NCBI RefSeq assembly: GCF_006345805.1
Contig: NC_043005.1
Coordinates: forward strand, 42,904,001 to 42,968,000
Origin: Octopus sinensis
Taxonomy: Eukaryota
Reading direction: 5' to 3'
Length of the DNA stretch: 64,000 nt
Shown here: positions 39,689 through 53,149 of the stretch, piece after piece
How positions within the stretch are numbered: position 1 is the stretch's first letter
How the letters are laid out: each line of letters opens with the position of its first letter
Made by a program: the position numbers and the translations under genes
Notes under the pieces: model-generated
The model's database searches: none
What the model was told of the DNA's origin: nothing
Seen by the model: only the letters and a program-made list of their open reading frames with translations

Positions 39689-39820
39689 TAGATATAGATA
39701 TATATACGACGGGTTTCATTCAGTTACTGGTCAGCCCGGGGGTAAAGCAGAAGGCATTTGTTCAAGGTGCCATGCTGTTGGACTACGTGTTTGGGAAGCA
39801 AACTTCTTACCACACAGCCA
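38955..39820 (-). mobile_element. Two adjacent diverged SINE family B copies
   Basis: Reverse-strand tails at about 38965 and 39410, heads at about 39370 and 39815. Confidence 0.75.
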
Positions 39821-39984
39821 CCCCTGTTGTATATAACATTCTTCCTAAAGTCAATACTTATTAGTTTGATGGTGTTCCGGTAAAGAAAATGCAACAGGAA
39901 GTCTGCAAAAGTAACTCTTTTGTAGACCTCGTACTGCAAAGTAAGAACTTTGTGGCGCAATGATAATATAGGTTTCAACTTTTG

Positions 39985-40731
39985 GCACAAAGCCAGCATT
40001 TCAAGGAGAGGGGTTAAGTCAATTACATCGGCCCCAGTGTTTAACTGGTGTTTATTTTATCGACCCCGAAAGAGATGAAAAGGAAAATCGACCTTGGCAG
40101 AATTTGAACTCAGAACGTGAAGACAGACGAAATACCTGTTTCTTTATTACCTACAAGGGGCTAAACATAGAGGGGACAAACAAATGGATTAAGTCGATTA
40201 TATCGACTCCAGTGCGTAACTGGTACTTAATTTATCGACCCCGAAAGGATGAAAGGCAAAGCTGACTCGGCGGAATTTGAACTCAGAACGAAACGGCAGA
40301 CGAAATACCTATTTCTTTACTACCCACAAGGGGCTAAACACAGAGAGGACAAACAAGGAGAGACAAACGGATTAAGTTGATTATATCGACCCACCCCAGT
40401 ACGTAACTGGTACTTATTTAATCGACTCCGAAAGGGTGAAAGGCAAATTCGACCTTGGCGGAATTTGAACTCAGTACATAGCGGCAGACGAAATACCTAT
40501 TTCTTTATTACCCACAAGGGGCTGAACATAGAGGGTTCAAACATGGACAGACATAGGTATTAAGTCGATTATATCGACCCCAGTGCTTAACTGGTACTTA
40601 ATTTATCGACCCCGAAAGGATGAAAGGCAAAGTCGACCTCGGCGGAATTTGAACTCACAACGTAACGGCAGACGAAATACCGCTCAGCATTTCACCCGGC
40701 GTGCTAACGTTTCTGCCAACTCGCCGCCTTA
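39985..40731 (-). mobile_element. SINE family A: one head plus four tandem bodies
   Basis: gacgaaatacc junctions at about 40137, 40308, 40497 and 40680. Confidence 0.9.
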
Positions 40732-42058
40732 GTACAATGATAATACTGGCTGAATTACTCGCTGCAAAACTGAATGAAAAAAGTAAGTGGGTCTCAATTG
40801 AGATTGAACATTAAAGCCATACGGATGATATGATTCATTGCAAGGCTTCATCTCATCTGCCATTTTTATCTATCAATGTGGTTCTTTTTTTTTTTTTTCT
40901 TTTTACTACATAAGCACAAAACTTCAAATGCAATATTGAATTTAACGAGCACTTTGTAACGTCAACCATCTCCATCATTCACAACTGTAGAATCAATATT
41001 AACATCCAGCAGGAAGACAAATAGGCAAACGCCACTGACAATGCTCTGTTGTCTGAAATATCATAAAATGCAACATTTGAAGAAAACAAAAATGAAATAA
41101 CAGTAAAAAAAAAAAAAGACAACAACAAATAACGTGGTGGAAATTGATACGATCTTTCTTCGTTGAAATTAAACCTAAATGTAGGTTAATAAAACTACTA
41201 GAATATTTCTTTTCAAATAAACATTTTCTCATACTTTAGAAATCACTTGATAGAATATAAAAAAGAATTTAAAAAATAATAAAACAATATACAACTCTAT
41301 TTTAAGATGTGGAAAAAATATGAATATTTTCTTTAATTGAAGGTTATATTGCTATTGTAATAATATAAGTAAGAAAAACATTTCAAAAGTTATATTGCAT
41401 TGAAAAAGCTGAATGCCCAAAAGATTAAAACTCCAAAGACATACAAAACTGATGGCAGTTTCACTTGAAAAGAAATATAATAGATGACAAATAATTTCAA
41501 AGCAAAATATAAGATAATTAATTATACTTATCAGTTCGACTTTAACTGGGAATAGTTTCTGTCTATAGATGCTCTGTATTCCTTCGAAAATAATTCTACA
41601 TTTCTTACAATGTGCAGACATCTAACATTATAATTTCATTTGCAGTGAAATATTTCCAAAACTTCAGGCAAAGAAACATTGAATACAGTTTTGTTAAGGA
41701 GGTGATTGATCGAAATGATTTCTGATTTATAACTTTATGGAAAGCATAACAGAAGAAACAATGGATGCTTTGATGGTAAAAATAAGTATAATAATAGAAA
41801 TGTTAATACAGTACCAGACCAAATATCTGGCAATGTGGACCGGAATAGGTTCGGGTCTATGGATTTCCCGGTTTTCTGAAGACAGTATAAATATACACTT
41901 AAAATAAAAGACAAACTATGAAAAATAAAGAGTTAAATTGTATTTAACAGATTTTAATTAATACACTTCTAAAGCAGGGACTGTTTGATATTTATTAAGC
42001 CACTTAAATTTTTTTAATATACCATACTGTACTATACGTACAGTATATTGTTTATAGT

Positions 42059-42318
42059 GGAGGCGCGTGGCTTAGCGGTTAGGGTGTCAGCATCATGATC
42101 GTAAGATTGTGGTTTCGATTCCTGGACCGGGCGACGTGTTGTGTTCGTGAGTAAACCACTTCATTTCACGTTGCTACAGTCCACTCAGCTGGCAGAAATG
42201 AGTAATGCTGCGATGGTCTGGCGTCCCGTCCAGTTGAGAAGCACATACGCCATTGAAACCGGGAAACCGGGCCCATGACCTTGGCTAGGCTTTAAAAGGG
42301 CGCATTTATTATTATTAT
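42059..42318 (+). mobile_element. SINE family C, full length
   Basis: Close match to 6381-6640. Confidence 0.9.
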
Positions 42319-42901
42319 GTTTCTAGGGTGAAAATTAAACAAGAAAAAAATAAAGAACATGATCTTAATTAATAGATGCAAATTCAAAGCAGAATATTTT
42401 TGATTTTTATCAATCCACTTTAAAATTAATGAATAAAACCATTTTTAACCAACTCCACAAAAAGGGTACAGTATATTGCACGGTACGGCAGTTTTCCCGG
42501 GTTTCTAGAAATTACTGATTCCTGGACGTCGGATAAGGGTACTGCGTTCAGTTGTCCCAGATTCAAGTATAATACACAATGTTAGCTGTTTGATCTTTTC
42601 TCAGTAGTATCTGAAAATGGATTATCAACATGAGAAAGAAAGCAAGTATGATTTATACACACATTGACATTAGTGGTGTAAATAAAACGAAGTTTCTTCA
42701 ATTGAATATTGTAATTTATTTGCAAATTCAGTTCTTCCGAAATTGGATTTCCAAATAAATTACAACTTTATCGTGGGAAATTCAGTTTGAGAAACGCGAC
42801 ACGGATGTGAGTTTCCAGATCAGTGGTTCACCACCAGGGCCCATAAAAGACTTTCTTTATTAAAATTATGTGCAATACATTGATTATACTTCATTTTTAT
42901 A

Positions 42902-43330
42902 CAGGCGCAGGAGTGGCTGTGTGGTAAGTAGCTTGCTTACCAGCCACATGGCTCCGGGTTCAGTCCCACTGCGTGACACCTTGGGCAAGTGTCTTCTACT
43001 ATAGCATCGGGCCGACCAAAGCCTTGTGAATGGATTTGGTAGACGTAAACTGAAAGAAGCTTGTCGTATATGTGTGTGTGTGTGTGTGTGTGCACGCCCG
43101 CGCGCGCGCGTTTGTGTGTCTATGTTTGTCCCCCAACATCGCTTGACAACCGATGCAGGTGTGTTTACGCCCTCGTAAATTAGCGGTTCGGCAAAAGAGT
43201 CCAATAGAATAAGTACTAGGCTTACAAAGAATAAGTCCTGGAGTCGATTTGCTCGACTAAAGGCGGTGCTCCAGCATAGCCGCAGTCAAATGACTGAAAC
43301 AAGTAAAAGAGCAAAAGAGAGTAAAGAGTA
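42902..43330 (+). mobile_element. SINE family B, full length
   Basis: Close match to 32504-32886. Confidence 0.92.
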
Positions 43331-44123
43331 ATTCCTAATAACATTGAATAATGAAAATATACAATAATAGGATGTTTTTAAATATTGAGTGTTTAGAGGG
43401 TCCGCCCGAGTAGAATAGGAATCAAAGGAGTCTATAGGTAAAAAAAAAAAAAGGGTGGAGAATCACTGCTCTTGACATTTTACGAGTAAACGAAACTATA
43501 CGGTAATCGTCACAAGGACACGAATACTAAAATTAGTCCATCAGTAATCAGGCACTACACCAATGAATGTTTTAGGTCAGCGGACTTGAAAGTCGGCATC
43601 TTTGGTTCGGATCCTTTATCATTGTTGTAGAGGAATTAGCTTCTTTACCGCCTTTGCGATAGCAACCGAATGCGAACAACATGATACCTTAGATTCTTCT
43701 GCACTCTTTCGCGTCGTTCATTTGCGTTGTTGTCGTGGCAATAAATAAATTTCTATAAGTAATCTCCTAATTAGCCCGGAAAATTAATAACTATGAAGAT
43801 ATTTCTTAAATTTTTGTGTGCAGACTGATATGAAAAATATAAAGAAAAAAAAACAATAACAATTTTGAAAAGAAAGCAATGGTTTACCGTACTTCACAGC
43901 TCAGTTTAAATAAGATTCTTCTTATTTCAGGTGAAACTTTGCTTGTATGCAAGTAAGATTATATTATAGAATTTACAATCAACTGTAATACTGCTTTAAG
44001 CAACTGAGGGTAGTGATAATAATAATATTATTTAACCAGGAAGTGTTATAGGATTTATTTTTTGAAATGCATCTCAGAACATTATCGTTGATACCTCCAT
44101 TTAAGATCTTTAACAGTCTAAAT

Positions 44124-44400
44124 CAGTGGGTCCCAAATATTTTCTGGCTGCTGCTCCCTTGGCACCAAAACCGCATTCCTAGCGCCTCACCACCACCACA
44201 AACATAAACTGAAACAACAGCAAATTGAAACAACAGCATTTCACAAATAAATCTAAACCTAATTATCCCGTAATGTTGTTGTTATTACATCCATCACCCA
44301 CTTTTTGCCCCTCCATTTTCATCTACTTTTCTTCTGCCCCACCGCCACATGGATTCTACCGCCCTCAGTGGAGCAGTAGGACCAAATTTGGGAACCACTG
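44124..44400. mobile_element. hAT-type MITE (277 bp) with perfect 8-bp TSD
   Basis: TIRs cagtgggtcccaaa / tttgggaaccactg; GTCTAAAT at 44116-44123 and 44401-44408. Confidence 0.9.
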
Positions 44401-44611
44401 GTCTAAATGATTTAATTCTTTCTACCATAGGTACAAGGTCTAAAATTTTGATGGGACGGGAGCAGTCGATAATGTTGACACTTCCTCCGAGTGCTCAACT
44501 AGAATATATTTTTTCGACCTCGAAAGCATGAAAAGTAAAAGTAAAAAAAAGTCACTAGCCATTTTCTCTCACTCGCTATTGATTCTGCCAAATCACCGTT
44601 TTCGTCTAAAT

Positions 44612-44948
44612 CAGTGGCTCCCAGCATAGATCCATGTGGCCCCTGAGGATCCTTATAAGATTGATGGGGGTCCACGCAATAAAATAGGAAATTGGGGATC
44701 CACAATAGGGCACTTAATAAAATTTTGCATTAGATGTAGAGTATGTATTAGCATGTATTGCAAGAAACAGCTAGGTTTCTTTCTCTAACGTTTTCAACCT
44801 ACACAAGTTTATGTGCGATAAACAAAATAGAAATTTTGAAAGACATTTCTATAAAATTAGTTTTTAAACATCGAATGACTACGGGCGCGCACCAGAATAA
44901 AATAGTAATGAAAGGGATCCATTACTAAAAAGTTGTTGAGTACCCCTG
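44612..44948. mobile_element. Second hAT-type MITE
   Basis: Starts cagtggctccca and ends gagtacccctg; flanks GTCTAAAT (44604) and GTCTAATC (44949). Confidence 0.7.
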
Positions 44949-45982
44949 GTCTAATCTATATCATAGAAATACAATAAATATCAATATTGACGCTATAATA
45001 AATAAAAGATTCGTTTTTGTATCTGGTTTGATTAATGACTCTCTCAAGACAACAAAATAAAGGCTTCTTGTAGTTATTCCAACCAAAAGTACGTATAATC
45101 GATTAAATCAACACAGGTATATGTCTAATACTTAATACTTAATTTATCAACACTAGAAGGATAAAAAAAAATTCGACTCGGCAGAATTTGAGCCTTCGGT
45201 TTAAGGGTAGATAACTCAATTTCGTTTCTACGACTTCATTTTTCTGTAGAATGTGAAATAATTATTAATACTGAATAAACTCAATTATTCTGCAATTATT
45301 TTCTTGATTATACGAGAACTATTCATCCAACTACACCATTCACCTATATTAAATGTAATTAAAGTTATGATAGAAAATAAAGATCTATTCAAAAACGATT
45401 CTAAATTGTTTAGCTATAAAGCATAAAAATACATTTTAAAGAAGTTAGGAAATACAAAATCTCTCATCAAATAATAGAACTTTTGAAAATCATACATAAC
45501 TGTTTGGGTGTGTGTTTGCGTGTGTGTCTGCGTGTGTGTGTGTGCGTGTGCGTATTTATATATATATATATTATATATATATATATATATTATATATATA
45601 TACGTACATGTCTACATAGAGACGATTACCGCAACGAAAAATTATAACAACATTGAATGGGTGATAACCTCCCCAGTTTGAGACAAGATTTTTGGAAAGG
45701 TCAATGATTTTTATATCATAAATAACATAACCAGTGACCAAGTAAATTGAGTAATAAAAAAAAATATTCAATGAAATTTAATAAAACTCTGCTTACTCAG
45801 TATTTTATACATTTTTTTTTACTTGTTCCAGTTATTAGACTGGAAATGTACTGGAAGGGTTTTAGTCGAAGAAACCGATCCCAGAACTTACTTTTACATG
45901 TTTCATTTGCTGGGCCGCGAGGTTATAGGGACGCTAACAAACCAACAAAGAAAAAAGACGCCCACACACTCACTCACATTCA

Positions 45983-46024
<42 letters not shown>

Positions 46025-46040
46025 TATACATATATATATA

Positions 46041-46097
<57 letters not shown>

Positions 46098-46149
46098 GTA
46101 TACATATATATATATATATGCAGGCGTGGCTGTGTGGTAATATATATAT

Positions 46150-46825
46150 ATTATGTCAGGTCACTCTCGAGTGCTACTGGTAACATGTAACCCAGTACAA
46201 CCTGTTACATGGTCGGGCCATCGGCAACTAAACCGGCAACCCCACCAAGCTTGCTTGGTGAGGAGGGTTATTACTGGACACCCTGTGAGATGAAAAACAA
46301 AACGCGGCAAAGGGCGGAGGAACTCTTGAAAGTCAACGGCCATCCGATAAATATGTTTTTTTTTTCTCTTAAGGCTTAAGGCTGTATCATGCGCGGGGAC
46401 ATAGAAATAATCGGACTGAATACCCGACCGCGCGGTTAAACCATTGGGAATGAAGGACTCCTAGCCTTTGTTAGGGCATCCTTCTAAGAGAAGGTAACTC
46501 AGGTAACTGGGATAACTCCGACATAAAATCTGCGGCTCAGTGGTTACCGATTATATTGACGTGTTCTTCTTTTCGGATTATGGCTGCTGTTGCTTAGTGA
46601 GTGGGATTGACTCAGTGCACAGCCTTTCCTCACTTTAAAAAACTCTTCTTGCACAGGCATTGCACGATAACAACATTGTTCATGATTGTTGATGGTGCTG
46701 TGAGTCTCAACTGAATGGCTGGCTGTAGCCTTAAAAAGCAAATAAAAGTCACATTCGATCACAGCACCAAAAACAGTTAAGCTTTGTGCAATGGCCATAC
46801 TCGATAACGAGGGGGCAGCCATCAT
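46150..46825 (+). mobile_element. Probable 5' UTR of an RTE-type LINE (unclassified GC-richer repeat)
   Basis: Structured GC-richer block with no ORF. Assignment is from recall only. Confidence 0.35.
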
Positions 46826-46870
46826 ATATATATATATATAGAGAGAGAGAGATAGATAGATAGATAGATA

Positions 46871-47279
46871 TGTTTCTTTATTAGCCACACAGGGCTGCAC
46901 ACAGATAGAACAAATTACAAGGTAGAGCTTTTCTTTTGAAGGTATTAAAAAAAAAAAAAAAAAAAAAAAAAAGAAAGGAAGGGGGAGGTTCGATCAAAAG
47001 GGATCGTAAAAGGAGAGAAAGAAGACAAAAATAAGGGGGGTTAAAAAAAAAAAAAAAAAAAAAAGGGGGGGAGAGGAAAAAAAATGATCAATAGGGATCG
47101 TTATCACAGAAATGTCAATATGAAGTGTAAAGGGGAGGACAGGTGAGGTTTACCCGTGGAAAGAAAAGCCTGCGGAAAAGACCACGGTAACCTCGGTCAA
47201 TGAAGTCACATTTTATATTTCTTTTTTTTTTTTTTTTTTTTTGCAAATAAGCAACTCTCTGTTTTCGATTTCTGGGTTC
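46871..47279 (-). mobile_element. Probable L1/Tx1-type LINE 3' UTR inserted in (GATA)n
   Basis: Minus strand is T-rich and ends gtgtggctAATAAAgaaac. (GATA)n abuts both ends. No coding sequence is present to confirm the clade. Confidence 0.4.
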
Positions 47280-47280
<1 letters not shown>

Positions 47281-47354
<74 letters not shown>

Positions 47355-47412
47355 TAGATAGATAGATAGATAGATAGTAGATAGATAGATAGGTAGGTAG
47401 ATAGATAGTAGC

Positions 47413-47444
<32 letters not shown>

Positions 47445-47454
47445 AGATAGATAG

Positions 47455-47513
<59 letters not shown>

Positions 47514-47546
47514 GTAGGTAGATAGATAGGTAGATAGATAGGTAGC

Positions 47547-47597
<51 letters not shown>

Positions 47598-47714
47598 TAG
47601 ATAGATAGATAGATAGATAGGTAGGTAGATAGATAGGTAGCTAGATAGATAGATAGATAAATAGATAGATAGATAGATAGAGATAGATAGATAGGTAGAT
47701 AGATAGATAGATAG

Positions 47715-47749
<35 letters not shown>

Positions 47750-47794
47750 TAGATAGATAGATGATAGATAGATAGATAATAGATAGATAGATAA

Positions 47795-47889
<95 letters not shown>

Positions 47890-47945
47890 TGTATGTATGT
47901 ATGCATGTATGTATGTATGCATGTATATGTGTGTATGTATGTATA
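47281..47945. repeat. Long interrupted (GATA)n array grading into (TATG)n
   Basis: Directly visible. Confidence 0.98.
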
Positions 47946-48509
47946 GACGTACGTGTGTATAGGTAGAATGATAGACAGGCAAACAAACACACCATGTTAT
48001 TCTCTTTTTGACTCAGATAACCAGTAACCTTTGCTTTGTTTTTACTTGTTTCTTTCGTGTTTTTTTTTTAATTTTATTTTGTTTGTTTTATCGTTTTGCT
48101 TTTTCTTTGCTTTATTTTCCTTCCTTTTTCCTTTCTTGCATAGCGATAAATTAAAAACATGAAGAAAGCGATAATTTACCATTGTGGCAACGAAGCTTGT
48201 ATGAAATTGTATTTCGTGTCTCTTCCCTTAGGGTCTGCTGCAACCATGATTATGTCAATTTTAGTTTTACGCCTCTTTTAGCAATAGAAGTTTCTCTGAA
48301 GACTATTGGTATCGGTTCCGGTAAATAATCTAGAAAATTGAAATATTGTCTACTTACAATTCCACTACAGATCAGTTCTTAGATTAGCGTTACAGTAGCA
48401 AGAAAACTATCAAACATCTCATCGTGATCGCTTCGGTTATGAGTTCATGAACTCTGAGGGTCACTTATAGTTTATTTTGAGGTCAGGGAATTTCTGTGGT
48501 GATTATCGA

Positions 48510-49110
48510 TTTCATATTATGGCACAGTGCCAGCAAATTCGAAGGATGGGGTAAGACGATTACATCGATCCCAGTGCTCAACTGGTACGTATTTTATCGA
48601 CTCCTGTAGGATGAAAAGCAAAGTCGACCTCAGTGGAATTTGATCTCGGAACGTAGGCGGACAAAATGCGGCTAAGCATTTTGCGCAGCGCCCTAACGAC
48701 TCTACCAGCTCACTGCCTTATTTTGTTATAAGATTAGTTTCAAGTTTTGGCACAAGGCCAGAAATTTCGGGAGAGGGTTTAAATCAACCCCAGTGTTCAG
48801 TTGGTAGTTACCTTTCGATCCCGAAAGGATGAAAGGCAAGGTCGACCTTGGCGTCATTTGAACTCAGAACGTGAAGATGTTCGAAATACGCTAAGCGTTT
48901 TGCACAGCCTGCTAATGATTCTGCCAGCTCGCACCCTTAAAATGCCGCTCAAATATTGATTTCAAATTTTGGCACAAGGTACTTATTATATTGACCCTGT
49001 GACGATGAAAGGCGAAGTCGATCTCGGTAGAATTTGAACTCAGAAAGTAAAGACGGACGAAATGCCGCTAAGCATTTTGGTCGGTGTCTCAACTGCTTTG
49101 CCAGCTCGCC
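48510..49110 (-). mobile_element. Three diverged SINE family A copies
   Basis: Repeated aaggatgaaa.gcaa.gtcga.ctcgg..atttgaactcagaac motif. Confidence 0.8.
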
Positions 49111-49129
49111 ACCTTTCCTCGTCGTGAAT

Positions 49130-49345
49130 ATGAGAATCTGTTACTGGACTACGGCCATGCTGGAGCACCGTCTCGAAAGATTTTAGTATTTCACATCAGC
49201 CCTTGTACTTGTTTTTTTTCTAAGTCTGACATTTATTCTATCGGCTTCTTTCACCGAACCGCTAAGTTGAGAGGATGTAACGAAAACAACTCTACGCATC
49301 AAACAGTATGGGTAAGGTGAAAGGACAAACACAGACACAAAGGCA
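49130..49345 (-). mobile_element. SINE family B 3' half, diverged
   Basis: ggccatgctggagcacc..tattctatcggc..ccgaaccgctaagtt. Confidence 0.75.
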
Positions 49346-49356
49346 TGTATATATAC

Positions 49357-49400
<44 letters not shown>

Positions 49401-49449
49401 TTATATATATATATTATACATATACATATACACACACACACACACACAC

Positions 49450-49513
<64 letters not shown>

Positions 49514-49514
49514 T

Positions 49515-49555
<41 letters not shown>

Positions 49556-49565
49556 TATATATATA

Positions 49566-50130
49566 CTAGCTGAATAGCCCTTCATTGCCAGGCAATTTTT
49601 ACAATAGAATATCATATATAAATTTTTATTTATTCCATCTCAGAGCATGTCTTCCCCGACAGATATGCTTCTTGATCAGGACAGATTTGTGCAATTTTTC
49701 GCCAAAAGACTTCGTTGAGGATTTTTTTTCCCCTTTTCAACGTATATGTCTGTTCAACCGTTTCACATAACTTTATTCATTAAAACTTCTGAAGTTCTTA
49801 CAATTTTTGGTTGTCGTAGTGCTTTGCTTTCGTTTGTTTAATAAAAATTCTTCCTCCTAATGATTTTACTTTCATTTCGTGATTGACTGCTGTCATGCAG
49901 AAGGTGCCTACTATCATGCAGCTACCATGAAGAAAATGCCAGCTTCCAAATCCTCTTTTCTGATTAGGGAATATTGATAAAACGTTAAACCTCAATAAAG
50001 TTTTTCTGCAATTTTTCAGCAACAAGTATATAACAAAATCAGATTTAATGTGGAAAATTATTGTTATATGTGACAGCAACAGGGAAGATCTAGAGAGACA
50101 GACAGCAACAGGACGTCAAACACACAAACG
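49566..50130 (-). mobile_element. Probable non-autonomous Helitron (3' end at 49566)
   Basis: TA-flanked ctagctgaatagcccttcattgccagg resembles the Helitron end at 56740. The 5' boundary is uncertain. Confidence 0.5.
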
Positions 50131-50238
50131 TACATGTAGGTAATCATGAGTTTAAAACGGTGTATAATACCCATATGTATGAATATATGTATGAATGTAT
50201 GTATGTATGTATGCATTGCATGTACGTATGTATATATA

Positions 50239-50274
<36 letters not shown>

Positions 50275-50833
50275 TGTATGTATGTATGTATGTATGTATG
50301 TATGTATGTATGTATGTATGCATGTATGTATGTATGTATGTATGTATGTATGTATGTATGTATGTATGTATGTATGCATGTATGTATGTGTCTCTGTGTG
50401 AGTGTTTCTTTGTGATGGACAGCAGAAAAGCCACCTATCCCCTCTGTCCGTAAAGATACGTATTCCTCACTCCCACATTTCTGTGTGCTTATGTGTGTTT
50501 GTGCTGTGTCTGTATATTTACGAAAGAAGGCATGCAGCATCACGTGTATATGACAGCTGTATTAACATTAGCATCCCATTGTAACCACTATTAGCACCTT
50601 CACTAATATGAGCCTCTCTCTGTCTGTTTCCACCTTTCCCTCAGCCCAATACCTTTTGCAACCTTCTCATTTTATCATATGATTCGCCCAACGCCCCTAT
50701 TGAAATCCAATTAGTTTATTATTGTACTGGATATTAGTGTAACATGTATGCAAAGTTTCGTGAATATTGGTTCAGTGGTTTAGGCACTAAGATGGTAGCA
50801 GACAGACAGCTACACAGTCAGACAGAAATTGCC

Positions 50834-50921
<88 letters not shown>

Positions 50922-50954
50922 GATAGATAGATAGATAGAGATAGATAGATAGAT

Positions 50955-51960
50955 AGATAAGGAGAATTCACAAAAAAACAAAAGACGAAGACAGGTAGTG
51001 TAGACAACAAACAGATGCATTAGTTTAACACTCGGGAGGTGAAAAAGTATTTAACGTTTCGAGCCTATGCTCTTCCACAAAAAGGAACACAGAAATAAAC
51101 AAGGAGAGAAAATGAAGAATGTGTAGTAGCTAGCGATCTACCATGGTGAATGCTGGCCAGATTGGTCACACAGGAGAGCTAGAAAGAAGGGGAGATAATA
51201 AAGTAGTGGTAATCCCAAAACGAAGGTGTGCGTGCGTAGGTATAAGAGAGTATGCATGTGCGTGTGTATAAGAGAGTATGCATGTGCGTGTGTATAAGAG
51301 AGTATGTATGTGCGCGTGGAAGAGGGCTGGTGACCCTGCCGTGTGCTTGTCTGTATGTGTAGGTGTATAGACGTGGGGCTGGGAAGTGGTCAGTGCTAGT
51401 GTGTGCGTGGTGGTGTGATGTGATGTAATGTGATGTGTTGTATGGTGGTGTGTGGTGAGGTGTGGTGGTGTTGGGATGTGGGGGAGGTGAGAGTGGGGAA
51501 ATAAAGGGTGGGGTGTGGGTTAGGCTGAGGGTGTGGGTAGAGGTGGTGTATGTGGGTTAGGCTGAAGGTGCGGGTAGAGGTGGGGTATGTGGGAGTCGGT
51601 ATAAGGGATGGTGTGTGGTGGAATGGGGAAGGATAGGGAAGGTGGGGTTGGATTGTGTAGGGGTGGGGTTTCGAGGGAGGGGTGACGATGAAGGGAGAGG
51701 GTGAAGAGAGAAGGTTGGTAGGAAGGAAGAGAGGAGAGAAGGAAAGTAGGAGTGAAGAGAAGAAGTAAGAGTCGGAGCATGAGAGGAGAGGTGGGTGGGA
51801 GGAAGTAAGTGTGAGAGGAAGAGAGGAGAGGGGAGTAGGGTTAGATGAAGAGGGGAGGAGAGTTGAGCCATGTGCCCCAAAGGAGCGAAGACAAGATTAA
51901 TCCCTGTTCACGGCAAAACGGGAGTCCGGATGGCCCCTCTGCAAGGACAATCCGAACACA
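50955..51960 (-). mobile_element. Probable non-autonomous Penelope-like element with hammerhead-like remnant
   Basis: Minus 51050-51085 reads ttgtggaa-gagc-atag-gctc-GAAAC-gtt (stem II, GAAA, palindromic AACGTT), but the CUGANGA core is not intact. A long C/T-rich minus strand lies upstream. Confidence 0.45.
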
Positions 51961-53149
51961 GACAGACACAGTAGGACTCTATTTCTTCATCAGTTATCGA
52001 CCAAATATACTAATATTCAGTTTCGTGCTTTTAATGATAAGACTGAGAACTTCGTATATCGGTAGCACCCACAAAATTTGCATAGAATAGAAGATGCTAA
52101 TTGAAATAATTGTGGAAAATGTGTAATTTGTTCGTAAAATAATACATGAATGACCCAGCGTTTTCTATTTTCGCGAATAATTTTATTTCATATAAAATTA
52201 ATACAAATATATATAAAAGAAAGCCTTTTAAAGTTTTTTTTTAAAGATTTATTGCCAGATTTAAACTGTTATAAATAGGAATTTGCCTTGACTATTTTAA
52301 CTCTGTTTTTGTTTCAAGTATCTTCTTAAAGATATTTTCAAAATATTAGTTACCTTTTTTTTTTATTCCTTAGAATTAACAAATCTTCCTCATGAATAAG
52401 CGGTTAAGTTTGTTGAAGAAATATATGGCAGACAATAAACTGAAATAAAAACTCTTCCAGCAGAATCTGCATGCAGTAACAGGAATCGGAAAATGAATGA
52501 AAATGTACAAATTAAACATTCTTGCACGTAAAAAGTAAGTGCAACGAATCTTTTTTGCAATATGAACTTAGTTTTGCTTTTGGCTATGAATCAACTGCCC
52601 AGTTTCTTTATTTCTAACAAATATTGATGAATAAAAGTCTGAAGCCGACTCAACTGAAAAAGATAATTTGATATTAACATACCTTCTAAACACATGAATC
52701 TTTCTAGGGTTCTTTTGTTTGGAGTTGGGTGTATTTTTTTTATACTTTTGTTTTGTTTTTGTTTTCGTTTTTTTTTCTTTACTGAAATATATGAAAGAAC
52801 AAAAGCAATTTTTTGATAAATATACAATGGCACAAGAAATATAGTTAAGAGAATCATACAAAGACTCATATTTAATTACAAAACTAAGAAATCATACTCG
52901 GTTGACAAAAGATTTGTGTTGTTTGAAGCATGTAGAACCATTTCTCTGTCAAATTATACGGAATGTACAAAAAAAGAAGAAATATATAGAAATGCATATT
53001 AAGAGTTTGTGTAACTTATTCATTGATTTCAAAGAAATACAAAGTTTGTGATTCAGTTGGTCGAATAGAATGACATTTATAAATACGGCTCACTATTTAT
53101 ATTTGGCTGTTTCTATGAAAACAATGTATACGAGGACTTACTATACTGG

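Noticed and set aside
41300-41780. Several acceptor-like sites with short open frames (for example VKYFQNFRQRNIEYSFVKEVIDRNDF*)
   Set aside because: Very AT-rich sequence; they could not be chained into a consistent gene model.
52683-52781. 99-nt symmetric open exon on the minus strand (VKKKKRKQKQNK..)
   Set aside because: The sequence is a decayed A-rich tract; the open frame is expected by chance.
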